DNA from: Eubacteriales bacterium
GTDB taxonomy: Bacteria > Bacillota > Clostridia > Oscillospirales > CAG-272
NCBI GenBank assembly: GCA_045632405.1
Contig: JAZQWO010000013.1
Coordinates: 6,085 to 70,084, forward strand
DNA length: 64,000 bases
Direction: 5' to 3'
Part shown: piece after piece, positions 20,301 through 27,872 of the stretch
How positions within the stretch are numbered: position 1 is the stretch's first letter
Layout of the letters: each line of letters opens with the position of its first letter
The notes under the pieces: generated by a model
Databases searched by the model: none
What the model was told of the DNA's origin: nothing
The model's input: the letters and a program-made list of their open reading frames with translations, nothing else
Program-made: the position numbers and the translations under genes

Positions 20301-20993
20301 ATGATTTATTCACACGAAGTTGAAAGCATGTGCTCCGTAGCAAAGGGACCAAAGCATGGTCCAGCTCCAATTCCTGAAGAAGGTAAGTGGGTACAGGCTA
20401 AGCAAATCACAGACATTTCCGGTTACACACACGGTATTGGTTGGTGTGCACCACAGCAGGGCGCTTGCAAGCTTTCCTTGAACGTTAAGGACGGCATTAT
20501 TGAAGAGGCTCTTGTTGAAACAATCGGTTGCTCAGGTATGACACACTCTGCAGCTATGGCAGCAGAAATTCTTCCAGGCAAGACTCTTTTAGAGGCTCTT
20601 AACACAGACCTTGTTTGTGACGCTATCAACACAGCTATGCGTGAGCTCTTCTTGCAGATCGTTTACGGTAGAACACAGTCTGCTTTCTCTGAGGGCGGTC
20701 TTGTTATCGGCGCAGGTATGGAAGACCTTGGTAAGGGTGCTCGTTCAATGGTTGGTACTATGTACGGTACAAAGGCTAAGGGTGTTCGTTACCTCGAAAT
20801 GACAGAGGGCTACTGCACAAGAATGGCTCTTGATGAAAATGATCAGGTTATCGGTTATGAATTCGTTTCTCTCGGCAAGATGACAGACTTCATTAAGAAG
20901 GGCATGGAGCCAAACGAAGCTTATGAAAAGTCCAAGGGTACATACGGTAGATTTGCAGAGGCTGCAAAGTATATCGACCCAAGAAAGCAGTAA
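20301..20993 (+). CDS. NifU/IscU-N-terminal-like protein (partner of the GGGtGRT protein)
   Basis: 230 aa, AAGGAG RBS. Cys-containing segments GWCAPQQGAC, IGCSGMTHSAAMA and LVCDAI resemble the scaffold fold. Confidence 0.6.
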   Translation: MIYSHEVESMCSVAKGPKHGPAPIPEEGKWVQAKQITDISGYTHGIGWCAPQQGACKLSLNVKDGIIEEALVETIGCSGMTHSAAMAAEILPGKTLLEALNTDLVCDAINTAMRELFLQIVYGRTQSAFSEGGLVIGAGMEDLGKGARSMVGTMYGTKAKGVRYLEMTEGYCTRMALDENDQVIGYEFVSLGKMTDFIKKGMEPNEAYEKSKGTYGRFAEAAKYIDPRKQ

Positions 20994-21009
20994 TAGGAGG
21001 TAACGGATA

Positions 21010-22008
21010 ATGGCATTATTTGAAGGTTACGAAAGAAGAGAAGCGAAAATCCTCGCTGCTCTCAAGGAATATGGTATTAACTCCATCGAGGAGTGCAAGG
21101 ACATTACACTTGCAAAGGGCATTGACTGTGATAAGATCGTAAGAGAAACACAGCCTATCTGCTTTGAAAACGCTGTTTGGGCTTACACAGTAGGCGCAGC
21201 TATCGCAATCAAGAAGGGCTGCACAAAGGCTGCTGATGCTGCTGCAGCTATCGGTATCGGTCTTCAGGCTTTCTGTATCCCAGGCTCTGTTGCTGAGAAC
21301 AGACGCGTTGGTCTTGGCCACGGTAATCTCGGCAAGATGCTTCTTTCCGAGGAAACAGAGTGCTTCTGCTTCTTGGCAGGTCACGAGTCCTTCGCTGCTG
21401 CTGAGGGTGCTATCAAAATCGCTCTCAACGCTAACAAGGTTAGAGTTAAGCCTCTTCGCGTTATCTTGAACGGTCTTGGCAAGGATGCCGCTATGATCAT
21501 TTCAAGAATTAACGGCTTTACATTTGTTGAAACAGAGTTTGACCCTGCAACAGAGGATGTTAAGGTTATTTCTGAAACTCCATACTCCAAGGGTCCACGT
21601 GCTGACGTTAAGTGCTACGGCTCTGATAGCGTTCCAGAAGGCGTTGCTATTATGAGACTTGAAAACGTTGGCGTTTCCATCACAGGTAACTCCACTAACC
21701 CAACAAGATTCCAGCATCCTGTTGCTGGTACATATACGAAGTGGTCCTGGGATAACGGCAAGAACTACTTCTCCGTTGCATCAGGTGGCGGTACAGGTAG
21801 AACACTTCACCCAGACAACATGGCAGCAGGTCCTGCTTCCTACGGTATGACAGACACAATGGGTAGAATGCACGGCGATGCTCAGTTCGCTGGCTCTTCT
21901 TCCGTTCCTGCTCACGTAGAAATGATGGGTCTTATCGGCGCAGGTAACAACCCAATGGTTGGTATGACTGTTGCAGTGGCGGTAGCCGTAGAAGAATCAA
22001 ACAAATAA
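21010..22008 (+). CDS. GGGtGRT family protein (function unknown)
   Basis: 332 aa containing ...SVASGGGTGRTLHPDNMAAGPASYGMTD... AGGAGG RBS 16 nt after the upstream stop. Confidence 0.8.
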   Translation: MALFEGYERREAKILAALKEYGINSIEECKDITLAKGIDCDKIVRETQPICFENAVWAYTVGAAIAIKKGCTKAADAAAAIGIGLQAFCIPGSVAENRRVGLGHGNLGKMLLSEETECFCFLAGHESFAAAEGAIKIALNANKVRVKPLRVILNGLGKDAAMIISRINGFTFVETEFDPATEDVKVISETPYSKGPRADVKCYGSDSVPEGVAIMRLENVGVSITGNSTNPTRFQHPVAGTYTKWSWDNGKNYFSVASGGGTGRTLHPDNMAAGPASYGMTDTMGRMHGDAQFAGSSSVPAHVEMMGLIGAGNNPMVGMTVAVAVAVEESNK

Positions 22009-22020
22009 GTTTGATTCTTC

Positions 22021-22228
22021 AATGAAATTTGCCTAACGGCAAATGAAATACACAAAGTGAATGAAATGTTTACTTCGTAAACTTGAAATGTGCCACAGGG
22101 TAAAACCTGTGGCACATATATTAGATAGGAAAAGGCAAATTTTATTTCAAGATGTGAGCGACTTGTCGCTGACATCATTTCAAGAAACGCATCGCGTTTC
22201 ATTTCAAGTTGCGTAGCAACATTTCATT
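22021..22228. repeat. array of six stem-loops separated by TGAAAT (x4) and then ATTTCA (x4) motifs
   Basis: TGAAAT at 22023, 22044, 22062 and 22084. ATTTCA at 22144, 22177, 22201 and 22221. Hairpins at 22027-44, 22068-82, 22088-117, 22151-76, 22184-200 and 22208-20. Confidence 0.85.
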
Positions 22229-22243
22229 AAAAAGGAGAAAGCT

Positions 22244-22594
22244 ATGACGGACAATATTCTAATAGATTTATCTATGGACTTTGCAATTAGCATTGTAAAT
22301 ATGTGTGAATCCATAAAAGGTAAAAGTATATTAACAAATCAAATCCTGCGCAGTGGAACAAGCATAGGCGCAAATATTCACGAAGCGAATTATGCTCAAA
22401 GCAAGGCTGATTTCATAACGAAAATGCAAATTGCCCTAAAAGAATGTCACGAAACAGAGTATTGGTTGAAGCTCTTTTCAAAAACCGCCATTATTGACGA
22501 AGAAACTTACAAGAAAATGAGCCAAGCATCAGGCAAAATCAGAAGAATTTTGATAGCTTCTTTGAACACCGCAAAAAGCAATTTAGATAAATAA
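22244..22594 (+). CDS. four-helix-bundle protein (23S rRNA intervening-sequence protein family)
   Basis: 116 aa; ...QILRSGTSIGANIHEANYAQSKADFITKMQIALKECHETEYWLKL is characteristic of the family. Confidence 0.85.
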   Translation: MTDNILIDLSMDFAISIVNMCESIKGKSILTNQILRSGTSIGANIHEANYAQSKADFITKMQIALKECHETEYWLKLFSKTAIIDEETYKKMSQASGKIRRILIASLNTAKSNLDK

Positions 22595-22624
22595 GAACCT
22601 GACATCCTGTTTATAAAACAAAAA

Positions 22625-22672
22625 AGACACATCATTTTGGGTAAAACCACGATGATGTGTCTACTTTATTTT
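22625..22672 (+). terminator. intrinsic terminator
   Basis: Stem agacacatcat/atgatgtgtct followed by actttatttt. Confidence 0.7.
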
Positions 22673-22801
22673 GTGAGGAAAGGTTATGAAAAAATTGAAA
22701 ATGATAAGCCAAAAAGGTGTCACTTTTGAAGAAGGTTCCTTGGTTTGTAAATGCTTTTTGTGAAATTATGAATTTTTGTAATGTAAATGGATTTGCTCGT
22801 A

Positions 22802-22830
22802 TTGAAAATTGCTTCAATGTATGGTACAAT
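22802..22830 (+). promoter_or_regulatory. sigma-A-type promoter
   Basis: TTGAAA, 17 nt spacer, TACAAT. Confidence 0.5.
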
Positions 22831-22860
22831 GTAGAAAATCAAAAATAAAGGACAAATCAA

Positions 22861-23487
22861 ATGACAAAATTTATTATAGTTCGCCACGGGCAGAGCAAAG
22901 CACAAGAATGCGGATATTTGGTTGGCAAAACGGAAGCGCCACTTTCAGAGTTGGGCGAAAGACAGGCTAAAGTCGTGAGCGAGTATATTTTGAAAACATA
23001 TAAGATTGATGCGGTTTATTCAAGTCCCCTCGAGCGTGCGTGCAACACAGTAAGGGGCGTGGCTGAGGAGCTGAATTTGCCCATTATCAAAGAAACAGAA
23101 TTGAGAGAATTTGATTTTGGCGAGTGGGAAGGCTTGACACACGGGGAAATAAAGAATAATTTTGACGACGGCTATAGCAAGTGGGCAAGCGACCCGGGAG
23201 TATATACTCCACACGGCGGAGAAACTATGGCGCATATGCAGACAAGGGTGGTTGAAAAGCTCAAGGAAATAGGCAAAAGGGAAGACGGAAAAACCGTTTT
23301 GATAGGCGCACATTCGTCGGTTATTCGTACGCTTCAATGCTACATTCAAGGACTTCCTTTGACAAAAATGAAAAACACCCCTTGGGTGGTTAATGGCTCT
23401 ATTGCCGAAATTAACTTCGATGGAGAGGATTTCTATATTTTCAAATACGGCTTCGACGGACATTTGGCAGATTTGAAAAAAATATAA
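22861..23487 (+). CDS. histidine phosphatase family protein (phosphoglycerate mutase/CobC-like)
   Basis: IIVRHGQS catalytic RHG motif and a downstream GAHSSVIR motif. Confidence 0.85.
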   Translation: MTKFIIVRHGQSKAQECGYLVGKTEAPLSELGERQAKVVSEYILKTYKIDAVYSSPLERACNTVRGVAEELNLPIIKETELREFDFGEWEGLTHGEIKNNFDDGYSKWASDPGVYTPHGGETMAHMQTRVVEKLKEIGKREDGKTVLIGAHSSVIRTLQCYIQGLPLTKMKNTPWVVNGSIAEINFDGEDFYIFKYGFDGHLADLKKI

Positions 23488-23494
23488 ATACAAC

Positions 23495-23529
23495 AAAAAG
23501 CAGGAATTCGTTAAAAATTCCTGCTTTTT
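23495..23529. terminator. bidirectional terminator
   Basis: aaaaagcaggaat...attcctgcttttt, with A/T runs on both sides, between convergent genes. Confidence 0.8.
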
Positions 23530-23530
23530 A

Positions 23531-24094
23531 TTAAGATAAAGATTTACTAACGGTAATTTCAAGAGAAACATCATCAAAGCGGTGGATCACGCTTGAAATG
23601 TCCTCGTATCCGTTTGGAGATTCGGTAACAATGGCTTTAACGGTATCATAGTAAATAAATCCGTAAGAGACAACGCCCTCACTGTTTGTCACAAGGATTT
23701 TGTCCTCGGAGCTTGTGAAAAGTCTGACTTTCGCGCCGACAACGGGGTTGCCCTCGTTATCCTTTAGTGTTAGTGCGAAAAGAGTAGCTTTCTTTATAAC
23801 AAATTGGCAAACATCACATTTTCCGTCTCTGTCAACAGAGTCTGAATGGGGAGCGATGCTCTTGTATTCCGGATGGCATGTACATTCCCTATAATGTCCG
23901 TTTTCTGCTTGTGTCCATTCTGTTGCAAAGGTGTGCTCGTGCTCATTTGGGATGTTATTTTCCCCACCCTGTGTCGATGAAACGGTGCTGGAACTGCTTG
24001 TTGGTGGTGTTTCACTATCTCCACAGCCATATAGCATAGTAGCGGAAAGAGCCAAGAGAGTTAATGATAAAAATAATGTAATAATCCTTTTCAT
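23531..24094 (-). CDS. small lipoprotein with an N-terminal His/Cys motif and a C-terminal beta-sandwich (carboxypeptidase-regulatory-like)
   Basis: Lipobox MLYGC; HEHTFATEW...HYRECTC...GKCDVC; then TLKDNEGNPVVGAKVRLF. Confidence 0.7.
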   Translation of the reverse strand: MKRIITLFLSLTLLALSATMLYGCGDSETPPTSSSSTVSSTQGGENNIPNEHEHTFATEWTQAENGHYRECTCHPEYKSIAPHSDSVDRDGKCDVCQFVIKKATLFALTLKDNEGNPVVGAKVRLFTSSEDKILVTNSEGVVSYGFIYYDTVKAIVTESPNGYEDISSVIHRFDDVSLEITVSKSLS

Positions 24095-24193
24095 ATATAG
24101 TCTCCATTTGTACGTGAATTGTGTTACTATGAAATTATACCATATATGAATGTAAAATTCTATACTTTAAATGTAAATTTTAAAAGCAAAAGC

Positions 24194-24224
24194 AAAAAAG
24201 AGCGACACGTCTCGCTCTTTTTTG
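24194..24224. terminator. bidirectional terminator (serves the SPFH gene)
   Basis: a6-gagcga..tcgctc-t6. Confidence 0.7.
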
Positions 24225-24226
24225 TG

Positions 24227-25384
24227 TTAGTTTATTGGATTTGTGGGTATAACCACGTTAGCGCCGTTTTCTGTCATAACGGTTGGGAGCTTGCCGTCCC
24301 ATTTGTTCAAGTACTCAATATACTTTAAGTATTCGGTAATCAGCTTGATTTCCTCGGCACTCTTGCCCTCGAAGTCAATTTCACATTCGATAAGGGTGCT
24401 ACCATCTTCTCCTTGGATTTCCACCGTATTTACGGTAAAGCCAAGAGCTCTTGCGATTTCAATGGATTTTAGCTTGAGAGCAGTAGCCTCCGCCTGTGCC
24501 AGCTTGAGCTGTGCGTCAGCATCGCCCTGCGCCTGTGCAATTTTAGCCTCTGCCTTTGCCTTGGCAATTTCAATTTCTGCCTGCGCCGCGGTTAATTTAG
24601 CTTCAGCTTCACCCTTTGCCTTTTGAATAGCTGCTTCGGCTTCAGCCTCTGCTGCTGCTATTTTAGCAGCGTTTTCGTATTCTGCACGGAGCTGATTCTG
24701 CTCGGCAATCATTTTGTCCTCAACTGCCTTTTCAAAAGCATCTGAGAAGTCAATGTTTGTAAGTACAACTGTGGAAATTGTTACAAAATATTTGTCGGAA
24801 ATGGCGGATTTGATAGACTCCTCGACCAGTGGTGACATTGTTGCACGCTCGGAAATAATGTCCATAGCCTTATATGAGGAAAGAACAGACTTTGCCTTTT
24901 CGATTGCTATACTTTGGATTCTGTTTTGCAAAACAGTGAGTGAGCCGTATTCCTTGGCAATTTCAATTGCCTTGTCGCTCATAATCTGATATTGAAGCGT
25001 CATTGCCACATCCATTGTCTGCGCGTCACTTGAATAAGCGGCGGTGGCAATATCAAGATTTTGTACCTTTGCGTCATAGTATGCATAGGTGTTTGTGATC
25101 CAAAAATCAAAGTGTGTACCTGCTGTGCGGACGTCGCGCGCTTCTCCTAAGTGCTTAACTACCGCAACCTCACCGGTGTCAACAGTGTGGAAGCAGGGAG
25201 CGATAAGAATGGTCAAAGCAATGAACAGAGCGCACACGCCAAAGCATATTTTGCTGATAAGCGGTGTTTTTTGCTCGGTTTTGTCCTTCTTATTCTTTTT
25301 TACCTTTTGTACGTTGTGAATGGCGATAACCAGCGCAATTACCGCGCAAATTATGAATGCCAATGCTACTAAAAAACCAATCAT
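24227..25384 (-). CDS. SPFH/band-7 (prohibitin-like) membrane protein with an Ala-rich coiled coil
   Basis: N-terminal TM helices, SPFH core (VVKHLGEA...), then AEAEAEAAIQKAKGEAEAKL... Start at ATG 25384 after AAGGAGGG. Confidence 0.8.
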   Translation of the reverse strand: MIGFLVALAFIICAVIALVIAIHNVQKVKKNKKDKTEQKTPLISKICFGVCALFIALTILIAPCFHTVDTGEVAVVKHLGEARDVRTAGTHFDFWITNTYAYYDAKVQNLDIATAAYSSDAQTMDVAMTLQYQIMSDKAIEIAKEYGSLTVLQNRIQSIAIEKAKSVLSSYKAMDIISERATMSPLVEESIKSAISDKYFVTISTVVLTNIDFSDAFEKAVEDKMIAEQNQLRAEYENAAKIAAAEAEAEAAIQKAKGEAEAKLTAAQAEIEIAKAKAEAKIAQAQGDADAQLKLAQAEATALKLKSIEIARALGFTVNTVEIQGEDGSTLIECEIDFEGKSAEEIKLITEYLKYIEYLNKWDGKLPTVMTENGANVVIPTNPIN

Positions 25385-25550
25385 TATAATACCCTCCTTG
25401 GTTGGCTTGCTCTTGCTTATCAAGAGCTATTTAATTAGTAATTCAATTATAACTCTCGCCGCCGTAAAAGTCAATATACTAACGGTTGAATTTGCCAACT
25501 GTGGGTTGCATTATTATAAAAATGAAGAAGCAATATAACCGAGAAGGTGA

Positions 25551-25594
25551 AAAATCCGCGCGCTTGAAACTCTTGTCCGCAAGGCGCGGATTTT
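25551..25594. terminator. orphan terminator-like hairpin
   Basis: Stem aaaatccgcgc / gcgcggatttt plus inner cttg/caag pairing. T5 on the minus strand, T4 on the plus strand. No adjacent CDS end. Confidence 0.45.
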
Positions 25595-25768
25595 GTCGAA
25601 TAAATAAAATGAATAAAGTTGGATTTCTTATTCATATTAGGCAAAAGTCGCATATTTGCGTTTGGTGAAAAAGTAGAATTTTTTCAAAATTTTTGTGCAA
25701 AATATATAATTAGGCAACTAACGAAAATTATATAAAGTACACAATCATTTTATACAAATGCCTATAAT

Positions 25769-25979
25769 GTGGAATTTTCCACCAAAACGTGGCTTTATCA
25801 CGCTAAAGTGTGGAAAACTCCGTTGAAAATGTGCAAAACTCGCGGATTTTCAAGGCTTGTTAGGTAGGTTTTTCAACTTTTCCACGCATTCGGGGTGTGG
25901 AAAAGTTGAAAAATAGCATTTGAATTACACAAATGTCTAAAATTCGAGTGTAGAAAAAAATATATTTTCACTTTTCCAC
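25769..25979. promoter_or_regulatory. cluster of six GTGGAA/TTCCAC (DnaA-box-like) cores
   Basis: Cores at 25769, 25777, 25810, 25880, 25897 and 25974. Two TGTGGAAAA 9-mers (25809, 25896) are one mismatch from the complement of TTATCCACA. Confidence 0.4.
25869..25913. repeat. perfect 17-bp inverted repeat with an 11-nt spacer
   Basis: tttttcaacttttccac - gcattcggggt - gtggaaaagttgaaaaa. Confidence 0.9.
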
Positions 25980-26053
25980 TTGACAGGATTTATTCATTTG
26001 AAGTGAATTTATTCACTGTTCGGAAAAATATTCTTGTGTAATTTGCACAAAAA

Positions 26054-26266
26054 TCAGCCTCGCGCCAGGTGTATCAAGGCTCCAATGCTTATCATCACAA
26101 CTGATATTAAAAGATGCTCTATGTATGTGCTCCAGCTAAGCAATGCCGTTATGTATTCGTGTGCATAATCGGGTGCAAATAGCATTTTGAGCGCCCCTAA
26201 TTCGGAGAGAATTGTTAGTATCAGGGTCAGCTTGATAATGTGGTATCTCCGTGTGATTTCTTTCAT
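26054..26266 (-). CDS. small hydrophobic protein (2 predicted TM helices)
   Basis: 70-aa ORF with an AAAGGAG RBS. No family recognised. Confidence 0.4.
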   Translation of the reverse strand: MKEITRRYHIIKLTLILTILSELGALKMLFAPDYAHEYITALLSWSTYIEHLLISVVMISIGALIHLARG

Positions 26267-26543
26267 ACCTTGCTCCTTTCTTTTCTTTTTTTTTGGAAAT
26301 GTCGCTCACACTGCTTATATTTTACCTTGTAAGGTGTTACGGTTGCAAGGAACAATATTTGGAAATGCTTTTTTACATAGTGCTAAAAAGCAAGGAAATG
26401 AGAGCTCTGTTTTATGTTGAACTTTTGAAAATACACTGAAAAATAGTAGTTTTTTTGTTTATCGCTCTTGCTTTTTTTATGATTATATTGTATCATTATA
26501 TAGACTCTGACATATACCAAATATTTTGTTAGGTGGATTTGCT

Positions 26544-27857
26544 TTGAAAAATAAGATTGAAAATGCCATTCGCCGTCATGGTATGGAAGATATTTTCGAC
26601 GGTGCCGTGCTTGGCTTTTCCGGTGGCGCGGATTCGGGTGCGCTCCTGCACTTTTTGAAGGATAAATGTAAAAACCTCATGGCTGTCCACGTTAATCATA
26701 TGATACGGGGGGCAGAGGCTGACAGGGATGAAGCTCTTTGCAGAGCTCTTTGTGAAAAATACGGTGTGCCTCTTATGGTTGTTAAGGTTGATATTCCCGC
26801 CCTTTCGTTGGAAAGAAAAAAAGGGCTTGAGGAAACTGCGCGCGAGGAACGGTACAGGATTTTTAATGAAATATTGCAGTCTCATCCTGAGTATAAATGT
26901 ATATTGACCGCACATAATGCAAATGACAATGCGGAAACCGTGATATTTAATCTTGTAAGAGGTAGCGGTGCTCGCGGTCTTTGCGGCATCAGTCCTGTTA
27001 ACGGCAATATATTCCGTCCGCTCATTTATGCAACGCGCCATGAAATAATCAGCTACTGTCAGGTCAATAATATAGAATATGCGGTTGATTCTACCAATTT
27101 TGACGATAGCTATACAAGAAACCGTATCAGACACAACGTCTTGCCACAGCTTTTGGAAATCAATCCTGCCTTTTTGGAGATCTGCTTTAAAACAGGCGAT
27201 ATGCTTCGCGCAGATGAGGAATATATTCATAAGGAAGCAGAGGCGGTAATGGCAGAGGCGCAAAACGGAAGACTGTCGCGCCAAAGTGTAGAAAATTTGC
27301 ACAGAGCGGTTTTAGCAAGGGTCTTGAAGCTTGCTTGCCCAGTCTCTCTTGATTACAAGTCAGTAGCGTCGTGCGCACAGCTCGTGCAGCCTTGGCAAAC
27401 AGGCAAAATGGTTAATTTGGCAAACGGAGTCACCTTCAAGGTTGAGCATTGCTATTGCCAATTTATAAAAACGCAGGACACGGAAAGCGAAGAATTTTTG
27501 TTGCCACTTGATGCAGGCGTAAATTATATCTTAAATGGCAGTGCTATCGTGGCGATTGGGTGCACACTTGAAAATGCGGATTATGTGGAAAGCGGCTCTG
27601 TCACTCTTAACTCAAGGGAAGTCGTTGGACAAATGATTGTCCGCAGCAAGAGAGATGGGGACACTGTGAAAAGTGGTGGAGTTACAAAAAAGCTGAAAAG
27701 AGTTTTTTGCGACAAGCACATCCCCTCGCACGAAAGACCGCGCTTGCCAGTTATTTGTGACGAAAACGGAGTTTTGGCAGTGCCCGGCATAGTTGCAAGG
27801 GACGGCGCATTTAATAAAAAGGGCGACTTAACAATCAAAACATATATCAAAAAATAA
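26544..27857 (+). CDS. tilS: tRNA(Ile)-lysidine synthetase
   Basis: PP-loop GFSGGADSGAL...VNHMIRG. Start is ambiguous: TTG 26544 after AGGTGG is preferred over TTG 26526. Confidence 0.85.
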   Translation: MKNKIENAIRRHGMEDIFDGAVLGFSGGADSGALLHFLKDKCKNLMAVHVNHMIRGAEADRDEALCRALCEKYGVPLMVVKVDIPALSLERKKGLEETAREERYRIFNEILQSHPEYKCILTAHNANDNAETVIFNLVRGSGARGLCGISPVNGNIFRPLIYATRHEIISYCQVNNIEYAVDSTNFDDSYTRNRIRHNVLPQLLEINPAFLEICFKTGDMLRADEEYIHKEAEAVMAEAQNGRLSRQSVENLHRAVLARVLKLACPVSLDYKSVASCAQLVQPWQTGKMVNLANGVTFKVEHCYCQFIKTQDTESEEFLLPLDAGVNYILNGSAIVAIGCTLENADYVESGSVTLNSREVVGQMIVRSKRDGDTVKSGGVTKKLKRVFCDKHIPSHERPRLPVICDENGVLAVPGIVARDGAFNKKGDLTIKTYIKK

Positions 27858-27872
27858 TCATCGGAGGTAACC

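Noticed and set aside
22021-22228. Possible CRISPR array (regularly spaced short repeats)
   Set aside because: The constant unit is only 6-8 nt and flips orientation mid-array. The variable parts are self-complementary 13-30-mers rather than 30-40-nt spacers. No cas genes are present in the window.
25424-26525. Chromosomal replication origin (oriC)
   Set aside because: There is no dnaA, dnaN or other origin-linked gene in 64 kb. The boxes are one to two mismatches from consensus, and gene orientation to the left is mixed. I kept it only as a DnaA-box-like cluster finding.
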